NCBI GenBank assembly: GCA_051942245.1
Contig: JAVECL010000009.1
Location: 1-64,000, forward strand
Direction: 5' to 3'
DNA length: 64,000 nucleotides
DNA from: Trypethelium eluteriae
Taxonomy: Eukaryota
In this document: piece after piece, positions 37,122 to 48,317 of the stretch
Position numbering within the stretch: the stretch's first letter is position 1
How the letters are laid out: the number at the start of each line of letters is the position of its first letter
The notes under the pieces: generated by a model
Databases searched by the model: none
Seen by the model: the letters and a program-made list of their open reading frames with translations, nothing else
Told to the model about the DNA's origin: nothing
Program-made: the position numbers and the translations under genes

Positions 37122-38543
37122 ATGCCTCCTTTCACAAACTTGCGCCACCTTCAGGCTCACAATCTTGATACCTTGAAACGGTCACCAATTTCCGAGATTT
37201 CCGGCTCTCTTGGAGACCTTGGCACATTGCTCCCTCTCGTCATTGCTCTAACACTTTCGGATTCAATATCACTCTCTTCTACTCTCGTATTCTCCGGTCT
37301 CGCAAATATTTTCACTGGTGTCACTTTTGGTATACCATTACCAGTACAGCCAATGAAAGCAATAGCAGCTGTAGCTATATCTCGATCTTTCAGTCGAGAG
37401 ATTACAGCATCGGCAGGCATTTTCACTGCATCTATCATCGGCTTTCTTAGCGTGACTGGCCTCTTGCGATGGTTCGGCCGTGTAATTCCTATACCAGTCG
37501 TCAAAGGAATTCAAGTCGGTGCCGGCCTAAGCCTGATTCTCAGTGCGGGTTCAAGCCAGCTGAAAAAACTGGGATGGTTTGAACCCAGTTGGGCAGACAA
37601 TTTGTTTTGGATGATTGCTGCGTTTGTCTCCCTCTTGATATCTATGAGGTTCCAACGAATGCCTTATGCCTTGGCGGTCCTCGTACTCGGCCTCATCTTC
37701 TCAACAATCAGAACGGATGTTACGACTCCATCAATGACGAAACCAGGCTTCCATCTTTGGCATCCACATACCCTTGTCCCTTCGCTATCTGAATTCCGCA
37801 TAGGCGCGTTCGACGCTGGTCTTGGCCAACTCCCTCTAACCACTCTCAATTCCATCATCGCTGTTTCGCACCTCAGTGCAGATCTGCTCCCTAATCTTCC
37901 GGCCCCTTCGCTGACTGCACTCGGCGTTTCAGTGGCTTCCATCAATCTGATCGGTTGCTGGTTCGGCGCGATGCCAGTATGTCACGGTTCAGGTGGTCTT
38001 GCAGCTCAATACCGATTTGGTGCCCGTTCCGGGGCGAGCATAATATTTCTCGGAACCCTTAAGCTACTGCTTGGGCTGTTCGTCGGGGACGGACTCGTGA
38101 GATTACTCCAAGGATTTCCAAGAGCATTACTTGGCATTATGGTCCTCGCAGCCGGAGTGGAGCTTGCAAAAGTGGGCGAGAGTTTGAATGCTGGTGCCCG
38201 TGACTTATGGGAGGATGCGGAACAAGTTGCCGATCGCGCAGGCGAAGACCCCAGCCATTTCAGGTCGAAGAACCCGAGAGAACCAACAGAAGAGGAGAGA
38301 AAAGAGCGGTGGATGGTCATGCTGATGACCATCGCTGGCTTACTAGCATTCAGAAATGACGCAGTCGGCTTCATAGCCGGAATGCTCTGCCATTGGACTT
38401 TTCACTGGCCTGTTCGTGGGCAGATATGGGGAAGATGGGATAGGCAACGAGATCTTTCTCATTCCTGGTTGGGAACGGGTCGGAGGAGACAAGAAACTTC
38501 CCGTGAGGAGGAAGGCGAGCGCCTACTGAATTCAGATGACTGA
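37122..38543 (+). CDS. Molybdate transporter MOT1-family membrane protein, intronless
   Basis: EISGSLGDLGTLLP, PLPVQPMKAIAAVA, PVVKGIQVGAGL, GQLPLTTLNS and MPVCHGSGGLAAQYRFGARSG, with multiple TM segments. Confidence 0.9.
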   Translation: MPPFTNLRHLQAHNLDTLKRSPISEISGSLGDLGTLLPLVIALTLSDSISLSSTLVFSGLANIFTGVTFGIPLPVQPMKAIAAVAISRSFSREITASAGIFTASIIGFLSVTGLLRWFGRVIPIPVVKGIQVGAGLSLILSAGSSQLKKLGWFEPSWADNLFWMIAAFVSLLISMRFQRMPYALAVLVLGLIFSTIRTDVTTPSMTKPGFHLWHPHTLVPSLSEFRIGAFDAGLGQLPLTTLNSIIAVSHLSADLLPNLPAPSLTALGVSVASINLIGCWFGAMPVCHGSGGLAAQYRFGARSGASIIFLGTLKLLLGLFVGDGLVRLLQGFPRALLGIMVLAAGVELAKVGESLNAGARDLWEDAEQVADRAGEDPSHFRSKNPREPTEEERKERWMVMLMTIAGLLAFRNDAVGFIAGMLCHWTFHWPVRGQIWGRWDRQRDLSHSWLGTGRRRQETSREEEGERLLNSDD

Positions 38544-40007
38544 ACATTAGTCTCCAATGTCATGACACATATATGAGGTTTGGTGACCCAGTGGGATTTC
38601 CTATAGTAGACCTATTGAGCTTCCCTTAGACCCTTACCTACAAGAGCTTACATTCACTAGTTATTCCTTGGTTACATTCTGTCTGGAAATTCCAGGCAGT
38701 TTTACGCTTTTGTTTCGTTCTTTGTCCGCAACTATCACAGTGTTCCTTCTATGATGTGTGCACGCACGTCTCATATCTAGGCCATAGGAGCATTGCAGTG
38801 GAAATCCGGTGGGTAGTGGATGAGTACTCAGGTGTGTTCTACGTATTGCGTCTTTCGGTTACTGGGTTTCGAAACAGTCTTGATATGCTCAGTGTGGATA
38901 TCTTGTGGTCCATGCGGCGAGAATTCCTACACAATGGAAGGATATTTCGGAACTCACATATTTCCTGGTGTGTCGTATCTCATGTGGGCAAGTCACATTG
39001 ATACCAAAATCCAGTTTTAGGGATCACTGCGTGGAGCACTACTTAGGCCTAATGATGGCTGCGTGTCAAATTGAAAGCACTCCAAGGCTAGGGATTCTAT
39101 GTATACGAGCGATAGGTAGGATCAGGTTATCAGCAAGACTGCTCCACTCCAGCCTTGAAAGTTTCGAGATAGTGTGCGCATACCCAAAAATGAAACGGTT
39201 ACAATGAGAATCTGGGTACCCAAATGACGAGTCGTCTATTGTGGTGAGTATTCGAGGGACTCTCAAGCAACATGAAATCTCGCGTATTTTTAGACTGTGA
39301 GATGCAAAGGAAGAGAATGCAATCAGATGCTCGCAAGATGGCTGGACCTTGTAGCCGACAATTACTTAATATGTTCTCTAGCTCGACGTCGGAACAGCCC
39401 TGCCAATGCCCACGTTGATAGACTGACACCTCAGTAGACTCGTCACATGGATAATGAATATGTGGGAAAGTTGTCCACTATAGTGAAGAGGGATATCGAA
39501 AAAGGTTTTGTAGAACATATCTCAAAAGGGTCTGCTCTAGTCTGATACAATGTAGACGGCCATAAATAGGATCTTGGGCCGATGGTCGGCACTTCGTGCT
39601 TGAGCCTGGTTTGGTCTGCCGATATTCGAGTATCCTCCGGTAACAGATTTTCTTGACAAGCGCAGGACTTGGCCCAGTGCTGAGTAGAACCCTAGGTAAA
39701 TTTTGAACTGCACAATGGTTTTTTGTGACATCCTTGACATATAATCTTACCACTGAGGATTTGGGGGCTTCCAACGCGGATGTTGGATAGACCGAGTTCA
39801 AGGCAACTCGTTGGAGTTAAAATCACATCACTGAGCTGGTTAAGTAAGCTACTCCGTACCTGAATTATGATCCATTGAAGATAGCTGAACACTACCAGGC
39901 CGGCTACGAGAGCACGGCACATTCGAAATAGTGGGATAATACCTGTACAAATTACCTCAGCATCTTCCGAGCTTTCTGGAACCTTTTTGACATCTTCTCT
40001 CCGATCC

Positions 40008-41157
40008 ATGTTCTGCTTTATACACCGTTATGTTAGGTTGAGGTGTGCAGATCGAAGTCACCGATTCAGGTGTCATGATCCCTTGGCCATGTGTGGCTAT
40101 GCCAGTAACATGACGCCTACCCACCGATTCGATATGAACGATCAAAAACAAGAAGATCTAAAGCCTAGGCGCTTTGCGCCTTTACACTCTTCGACAGCGC
40201 CTCTACAAGTCAACAAGTCTACTCCTCCACTGAAAGGAGTTGTATTCGATGTTGATGGAACGTTATGTATGTGCCTCTAAATGACTTAATTCGGCAAACG
40301 TGATCCCAAGAATCTCTCGTTGTTAATCATTCTTGATAACAGGCGAACCACAAAACTACATGTTCAGTGAGATGAGGTGTGTTTCAGAAATGCCTTAAGT
40401 ATTCGATATTGAGACTCCCAATTCCGTACTAAGCCTATTTGCTAGAGCTGCTCTTGAGATACCCAAAAGCGTGGACATCCTCGACCATATTCACTCCCTA
40501 CCAGAAAAAGAACAGCAAATTGCCCAAGAGAAGATTCAAGCAATTGAAAGACGTGCCATGCTTGTCCAGAAGCCACAGGCGGGCCTCCTTGAGCTCATGG
40601 AATATTTGACAGAGAGAGGCGTGAGGAAAGGCATTTGCACACGAAATTTCGAGTTCGTCAATTTTCTCTTTGGCTATCAATATCCAAATTACCCCTATTG
40701 AGTGCTCTTCTTCTAGCACGCCTGTCAATCACCTCCTGACGAACTTTATGCCCTCCCAGCTCTTCGACCCAATCATTACACGGGCCTTTCGTCCGCCGAA
40801 GCCCGATCCCGCTGGCATCCTCCATATAGCAAAAAATTGGGCTCTCGATGATGGAGGCAACTCTCTCATTATGGTCGGTGACAGCATCGATGATATGACT
40901 GCCGGATATCGTGCTGGAGCAGCTACGGTACTTTTGGTGAATGAGCAGAATGCGCATTTGGCTCGGCACGAGCATACTGACCTTTGCATTACGAGGTAAA
41001 TGGACAACCTCTACCCCAAAAATGTCAGTGCTTATACATTCATAGACTTGATGAGCTGGTGTCCATCCTTGAGGAAGGGTTCGTGGGTCAAGTTGACCGG
41101 TCAGAGAAGAATCCAGAAACGAAGCAGATGGCAACAGAAGCGCTGCAAGACTTCTGA
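40008..41157 (+). CDS. HAD-superfamily hydrolase (YOR131C-like), 5 exons
   Basis: Motif I GVVFDVDGTLC, then GICTRN, FRPPKPDPAGILHI and MVGDSIDDMTAG. The start could be at 40008 or a later ATG such as 40134. Confidence 0.9.
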
Positions 41158-41281
41158 AAGAAGGCGATGAATTAGCTTGCCATACAATTGGGACTGTTCA
41201 GTCCAACCAGTGAGAAGTTTCCGGACCGGTTGCGAAAGGTGCTCTTGCCAACGATTCCATGTGGACAGCTACAACTTCTGC

Positions 41282-41830
41282 TCAAGCGCCGTCTAGTCGC
41301 TGTTGCCCCTCTTCAATTCTCTTCAGAAGACCCCTTGAGAATCTGACCATTTGCTCGTAGGCGATTTCAAACCCATCCTGAGCACCGTAATATGGATCTA
41401 TCACTTCTTCCTCCTTACTCTTGCCGCCAAACTCGCCAAACAAGTAGACTTTTCCGAGTTTCGAGTCTTCAATACCGTTCCTCTTCAAAAGCCGGGCTCT
41501 CATGCGGTCCAGATAAACCTTGTTATCATCATCCATTGCCAAGATGTAGTCGAAAGTCTGAAAATCGTCCGAAACAAATTTTCTTGCTGCGTGCGAATAG
41601 TGAGTGATACCATTAGCTTCCAAGGTGCTCATAGTTCTTGTATCTGGTTCATCGCCTGCATGGTACGCGCCTGTACCGGCAGAGTCAACCTCATGGATCA
41701 GAGGACTGGAGGATTTCGTGTCATATTTCGTGAGATGCCGAAAGACAGCTTCGGCCATTGGGGAGCGACAAATGTTGCCTAGGCAGACAAAGAGGATAGA
41801 GACACGCGAATCTCTAGGTGTAGCAGTCAT
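41282..41830 (-). CDS. LTP1: Low-molecular-weight protein tyrosine phosphatase
   Basis: P-loop FVCLGNICRSPMAE, DSAGT and DPYYG. Confidence 0.95.
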   Translation of the reverse strand: MTATPRDSRVSILFVCLGNICRSPMAEAVFRHLTKYDTKSSSPLIHEVDSAGTGAYHAGDEPDTRTMSTLEANGITHYSHAARKFVSDDFQTFDYILAMDDDNKVYLDRMRARLLKRNGIEDSKLGKVYLFGEFGGKSKEEEVIDPYYGAQDGFEIAYEQMVRFSRGLLKRIEEGQQRLDGA

Positions 41831-42101
41831 GACACTGTCTTGAGTCGGTATTGTTCAGCGGCGGAGACGATCTGGTAGGCCCAGAGGCTAAGGCTGATGG
41901 CTGATATTGAGGTATGATGCTTGGACCCTGGCGGTGCCTGGAACTAAGTTGGTTGGCGTTCGCGTAGATCAGAGGCTCCGACATCGGCTTCCAAGCTCCA
42001 AAATCTGGAGAATCTTCAGTCACACTCGTCTCCAGCCTTCTAAGCTTTATAATCCTGTCCACACCTCCCTCACCGTTCCAAACCCCCTTGACCCATTCGC
42101 A

Positions 42102-43519
42102 ATGGCCTCCAAGACTGCTTCTCGAGCTCTTCGAAGCTCTGCCAAGCAATTGGCCCAACCAGCAGCGCGACAACGCCGATCGTTCGTCTCAGCGGTGAGC
42201 TCTGCAAGCAGGGTCCGCAGTGCCGTTGAGTCAAGAGCTGCTTTTCTGCCACTGCAACAATGGCGCGGCATGAAGACAGTGGACTTTGCGGGGCACAAGG
42301 AAACTGTGTATGGTGAGCAACTTCGGTAGGATGGCTGGGTTTCTGTAGCTAACAAGCAAATCAGAACGAGACGACTGGCCCCGAGAAAAGCTTCTTGTAA
42401 GTCTCACCGAACCACCAATTGTCCTTCTAGTAGTGCTCATAACCTCGCTTCAGGACTATTTCAAGAATGATACTCTTGCTCTAATTGGTTATGGCTCCCA
42501 AGGCCACGGTCAAGGTCTCAACCTCCGTGACAACGGCCTCAATGTCATCATTGGTGTGCGCAAGAATGGCAAATCATGGCAGGAAGCACAGCAAGACGGC
42601 TGGATTCCTGGGACAAACCTTTTCGATGTCGATGAGGCTATCTCGAGAGGTACAGTCATAATGAATTTGCTGAGTGACGCGGCTCAGAGCGAGACGTGGC
42701 CGGCCATCAAGCCCCAACTCACCAAAGGCAAGGTATGCTACAATCATAGCGATTTTCTAGTCGCGAGACTACCTTCACAGTCATCTATCATCCTTGAGAG
42801 CTAATCATCTCAATTTACTACCGCAGACTCTATATTTCTCCCATGGTTTCTCTCCTGTCTTCAAATCCCAAACCGGTGTCGATGTTCCCTCCGACATTGA
42901 CGTAATCCTCGTCGCGCCTAAAGGCAGTGGCCGGACTGTTCGCACTCTCTTCCGCGAAGGCCGCGGCATTAACTCCTCCATTGCTGTCTACCAGGATGTT
43001 ACGGGCAAAGCGCAGGAAAAAGCCATTGCCCTCGGTGTCGCCATCGGCAGCGGTTACCTCTATGAAACCACCTTCCAGAAGGAGGTGTTCAGCGATCTCT
43101 ACGGTGAACGAGGTTGCTTGATGGGCGGCATCCATGGCATGTTCCTTGCTCAATATGAGGTCCTGCGGGAGAAGGGTCACTCCCCGTCCGAGGCATTCAA
43201 TGAGACAGTCGAGGAGGCCACGCAGTCGCTGTACCCCTTGATTGGCGCTAATGGGATGGACTACATGTATGCGGCGTGCTCTACTACTGCTCGCCGAGGT
43301 GCCATCGATTGGAGCAAGCGATTCAAGGAGACCCTGAAGCCTGTTTTCCAGGATTTATACAACAGTGTGGAGACTGGGGAAGAAACTCAGAAGTCGTTGG
43401 AGTTCAATAGCAGGAAGGACTACCGCGAAGCCTTTGAGAAGGAGATGAAGGAGATTCGCGATCTTGAGATTTGGAGAGCCGGAAAGGCGGTGAGAGGTTT
43501 GAGGCCAGAGAATGTGTAG
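42102..43519 (+). CDS. ILV5: Mitochondrial ketol-acid reductoisomerase, 4 exons
   Basis: Presequence, then LIGYGSQGHGQGLNLRDNG, YFSHGFS, VAPKGSGRTVR, SDLYGERGCLMG and ACSTTARRGA. Confidence 0.98.
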
Positions 43520-44157
43520 GGTCAGAGAAGGGGTAATAGTCTGGAACAGGGTCGGGCGAGCCTAAACAAAAGTCCATTCGTGATAGATGGATGATCCTGT
43601 GCACAGCCTCTGCCCCGGATACTACTTCGAGGCTAACCCAATTGTGCGGTGATTCCGCTCCCACAACCCTTTTCTCCTTAGCTCAATGTTTTGAGATCTG
43701 TAGTCAAAGATGTGTCCTTAGCGAACTTCTCGTGTCAGAAATAAAAATTGGTCCTCCAGCTACGAGTCCTTTTCCATATTCAAATACGTCACCGCCGGTT
43801 TGTTGTCACTCAGTCCTTGGTAGGGGCGCATATGTGTACAGCTGCTGAGATATACGTACGATGCAGAGCTACAGGCTCAAATTGACATATGCATGGAAAT
43901 GATACGGTCCAAGATATCGATACCAGAAACGCCGAAGCTCGAATGATGCATGAACAGCTAAAGGTAAAGAGTCGGGGAAAAAGATTTCCATAATCCCGCT
44001 CCCAGATGCAAGTCAAGCCCAAAGTATTATCGCCGATTCGCTGGGGAAGAACTTAAATGATTTGTATCGAACCCCCTCACGAAAGGCCCCACGTTTATTC
44101 TGAGAACTTCTTGACCAGGTTCCTATAGACTCTGATTTTTCACGTAATTCCGCCAAC

Positions 44158-45043
44158 CTACGCTCCTGGAGGTTGTACGGGCCGATCAGGTATAAGCTCG
44201 TAGTCACCCTCCGAGGGCAGTATCAATGCCGAAATGATGATGAACGCTGCGTCGAGCGCGAGGATACACCAACTGACGGTGCATAATATCCATGAAACAT
44301 CGAGTTTCCAGCCAGTGGGAAATTTATCGTCGTGATCGTAGAGAAACGCCTATATTTTGGTTATCAGCCATTCCCCAAAGTAAGTTTCGAGGCTACACAG
44401 GCCACAATAAATATAGTCCGAAGAAGGAGAAAGTCCTTACCGCCACGGCCATAGATATAAGTTGTGCCACAGATGCCAACCCTAGCAACCAACCCAATAC
44501 CTTCCATCCTACTTCTCTCTTCTGGCGCCCTCCTAAGAGTATGACAGCGAATGCGATTACACATGAGAGTTCCAAAACAACGGAGAAGCTCATGAGAAAT
44601 CCAACGCTACGCCAGGCGCTACAGAAATGTCGCTGGTCTCCAGTGCAGTCTTCGAAGCGGGGAAATTCGGTACAGACCCCAGTGAGGGAAGAGCAGCGCC
44701 GATGTAAGCCATAACTGTCATGTATGGGGTCGCCTCTGGTCTATGAGCATCGATGCAGTGTCAGCGTACTCGGATATTTGGTTGATCTCGATAACGAGAT
44801 GAGTTAGCTACATTGCGTAGCCATTGTGCAAGGGCATTTTTGGAAAGATATCAATTGCATACCGTCTTCCTATCCCAGGATATCCATCTTGGCTCGATTA
44901 TACTCGCGATTGTTAAGGCCGTTGCTGCATGAGGATCCATGCATTAGCTTCTACTTCGAAGCGTCTTGTGTACCGTTATCGAGCATGTACTGACCAGCTA
45001 GAAACACCCAAAAGCCAGCACTGTACACCAATCGCCTTGTCAT
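44158..45043 (-). CDS. Four-TM claudin/PMP22-like fungal membrane protein, 4 exons
   Basis: Manual splicing gives MTRRLVYSAGFWVFLAATALTIASIIEPRWISW...YGLHRRCSSLTGVC...FCSAWRSVGFLMSF...GWKLDVSWILCTVSW...EGDYELIP*. The first loop has a W...GL..C...C pattern. Confidence 0.8.
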
Positions 45044-45719
45044 GATTTTGTCTTGTTATCTGGAAGATTTGGGGAGGTAGGATGGGATAGGAAAGGATTG
45101 TGGCATAGGTAGGTCTGGAGGACAGCTTCAAAGTGGGGCAGGGTGGTGAGACGCTAGTTGGATGGATTCTTTTGCAGAGCTCGTGACTGGTGAACTAGAG
45201 ACTGCTACTAGACAGACCAGGTGGAGTTACTAGCTGGCAAGCTGCAGGGAGGATCGCGCTGGGCTTTAACAGTGAAAAAGAGGCTTGACGTGGAGTACGG
45301 AGTAAAGCGGTGTGAAATCTATGCGCAAGGTCAGAAGCACCGTAATTACCAGGTAGGGTCTGACTGGCGAACGTGGGGGTGGCTGCAGTATGACGAATGT
45401 GGTCATGCGGGAAAGACTCGGATTCCCATGTTTTGTGCAAATCATATCCTATCCGGTATTCATTTGCATGTTTCTCTTCGCAGGTATGGCTGAAGTTTGG
45501 AACTGCTCGCAAGGTAGCCCAAATGTCACGTCAATAGATTTCAGGACTCCCTTTGGAAAATTCTGGAGAGATCGAATTTTGAACAGAATCTAGATGGCAA
45601 AACATCGATACAAAGGGAAGAAACAACTGAAAGAAGAGCTTTCTGATTGGTGTGATTCTAGATCTGCTTGTTCAGGTTGAGGAAGCCTGCAGCAACGACT
45701 TCGACGACCTCTAACGGCC

Positions 45720-47063
45720 TCAATATTTGGACGATGTGTCTGCTATCGGCGAATATTCGTCTCTTCCATACGTTCTGTTCAGATTCACCTTCCCGCTAAT
45801 CCTATTATCCTCGAGCCTTACCCAGGTTTTGACCGATTTGCCCAAGTTCTGTTTCGAGAGTAAGATTTGCCGGCTTCCCCTTGTCCAAGTGCCATAACCG
45901 CCATAGCCAGTGTGTCTACCAAAGCACAGATCCAATCCGTTGCCGCTGAAGTTCATACCAGGCAATGTAGAATTCCATTTGAAGCACCAGTCATCCCCAT
46001 GATCATGTCCGCTGAAAGCAGCCATCAATCCTGGAGTATTCAGGAGTGCCTTCATGAATGGGATATCCTGCCCACCGTACTCAGTAATTCCGCCACTGGC
46101 ATCGCCTTGGAGTGCACCTTGTCCTTGTTGGGCCAATGGGACGTCGTCGTTTATGCCTGGTTCCTGGGTAGGCGAGACGCCTTGGTTTTGGAAAGCCAGC
46201 ATGGCGTTTACGGGTATGTGATAGAAGGCAAGCGAGGGAACCGTGCGATTATAGTACTGAAAGAGACGAGCATTTTCATCGACAAACCAGTCCACAACAG
46301 ACTGATCGACCCAATCCGGCCGAGGCACTGCCGTGGCATTGGCTGTTCGCTGCTGGAAAGAGTTGCCTCCTTTACTATCGAAGAACCATAGCAAGAGCGC
46401 AGGTGTCCGAATTGATGTATCCGCAGGATAAACGGGTAGAAAGTAATTTGACACGCCAGAGTTTGCAGAATGGACCATGCTTTGAGTCAGACTGTTAGGA
46501 TACATACGCTCCCTGGCTAAGATGCCTTCACCAGAGATATTGAAGTCACTATCGTGGTTGCCATACGTCGAGGCCCATTTCAGGTTGCGTTCTACGAGTG
46601 GCGCCACAATCTCATCGACATAGTTCGTCGAGTTCTCGAGGAAGGTGTTTTCACCAGTAATGAGATCGCCGTTCAGGACTACAAGTTGTGGTGACTCCGC
46701 ATTCAAAACAGTGTTCATCACGCGGGTGGAGTTGATGTCTTGCTGTGGACCCCAATCAAGATCTTCCGCTGCCATTTGGATTCCTGAAATCAGCAAGACG
46801 GTAACTACCTTAAAACTATGAGTCGATGTTGCAAGCTAACCTTCGCCGTAATGCAAGTCCTCAAACACGGCGATCTGGAAAGTTCCATTTTGTGTGAATC
46901 GCAGCGTTTTCGATTTTTCCGTGATGTGTAAGGCCGCGGAGAAGTAACAAAATCCAAGACAGTTCGTGAGCAGATACCTGGACAACATGATGGAGAGTAC
47001 CAAGAACGCAACTAGACTGAAACACGCAATGGAAGTTAGCTGAAGACCTCTTGATGGAGCCAT
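45720..47063 (-). CDS. Calcineurin-like metallophosphoesterase (DCR2/PAP-like), with signal or TM anchor, 2 exons
   Basis: DLHYGE, VLNGDL, YGNHD, FYHIP, SGHDH and HTGYGGYG. Intron at ~46771-46840. Confidence 0.92.
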
Positions 47064-47474
47064 GTATTCGACGTGAAATTCTACAAGTGGAAGCGAGGAC
47101 TGCTAAGATGATCGGAGCCTGCCAGCTGCTAGATGGAAGAGGAAGGCGCAAATATTGAACCACAACGTCACGTTCAGGAGTTGTTGGCTGTGAGACATGG
47201 TTGAGTTTCTGAGGCTTGACAGAGCGTGGCCGATATATCTAGAGTACAGTAGCGCCACAAGTTTGGGGCACACCCGTTGACAAATTTGAAGACATGGGCC
47301 TCTAACTGAACCCAAAAGGAACTGGAAGGGAGACGATATGGGAATAATTGAACCAAGGGAGAAGTTACAACTAGAGTTGAAAGGCCTGTCCTAGTTTGTA
47401 TGAGCTGGTCAGGTCTCCAGTAGAAACTTTAGCCACCTCCCCATACTCCAGTCTCATCAGTGTCAGCGTTCTAC

Positions 47475-48308
47475 ATGGATTTCAGCATCCAGTCCGGGCC
47501 TTCGCATGATACGGAACTGATCATCCTTTGCTGCCACAGCACCTATCTTGGCTCTTCGTCTGCAGAAGATCCAAGTCTTGAATCCTCATGGCACCTCGCG
47601 TCATTTCAACGCCACAGTGGAGTGAAGCCTAGCGAGCACGAAACTTTTCTACTACATATTCTCTCATCACTCTTTCTGCTCAAGCAACGCCATGATAGCT
47701 GGCTAGTCATCTCGGGTGGTTGTACAGCACGTAATATTACCGATCGTAGTGAGGCTCGGAGCTATTTTACTGCATGCCGAGTACTCTCTCAGGTTGAACA
47801 CTCGTACTTCACGAGTATTTGGAAGGACATGGAGAAAAGAGTTTTACTGGAAGAGGCAGCCACGGATAGCTTCCAAAATCTACTGTTCTCCATTGTACTG
47901 TTCAAAAAGAGGGTGGGCGTTTATCCGAGCCGAGTGACCGTGATTAGCCATGCATTCAAAAGCCGGAGATTTCTGGCACTTCATGCGCCTGCCATACGGT
48001 GGCCAAAGGACCGTGTCGCAGTCCAGGGAATCAACGCACCATTTTCCAACAGTGATTTGGACGAGGCGGAGGAAGGCGAAAGGGACAGAGCATACAGCGC
48101 TTTTGTCAACGATCCGTACGGAGCTGGTGACGTATTGTTCCAGAAGCGCGTAAGACGGGGTTGGGAGGAGGGCAGACTCGAATCTATGTCGGAAGGTCTT
48201 GAAATGAGTGTCCAGGAACTCTTGCTGTGGAAAGGAGGGAGATCGGGTCAAGAACTTTACCCTAATGAGTTGCCATGGTCCACCACAAGAAGGAATGCTA
48301 AAGACTGA
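47475..48308 (+). CDS. DUF218-like protein (YOR238W-like)
   Basis: LIILCCHS, LVISGG, SEARSY, LEEAATDSFQNLLFSI, VISHAFKSRRF and DPYG. Confidence 0.8.
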   Translation: MDFSIQSGPSHDTELIILCCHSTYLGSSSAEDPSLESSWHLASFQRHSGVKPSEHETFLLHILSSLFLLKQRHDSWLVISGGCTARNITDRSEARSYFTACRVLSQVEHSYFTSIWKDMEKRVLLEEAATDSFQNLLFSIVLFKKRVGVYPSRVTVISHAFKSRRFLALHAPAIRWPKDRVAVQGINAPFSNSDLDEAEEGERDRAYSAFVNDPYGAGDVLFQKRVRRGWEEGRLESMSEGLEMSVQELLLWKGGRSGQELYPNELPWSTTRRNAKD

Positions 48309-48317
48309 GCACTCCCG

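Noticed and set aside
38756..40009. Minus-strand fragments with a TM-like segment and QDPIYG, reminiscent of a CYP52 N-terminus
   Set aside because: No downstream P450 motifs, and the frames cannot be joined convincingly.
44742..44861. Two branch-point-like motifs in the claudin-like gene intron (possible stwintron)
   Set aside because: The implied external intron would be ~29 nt and would need a poor GAG acceptor.
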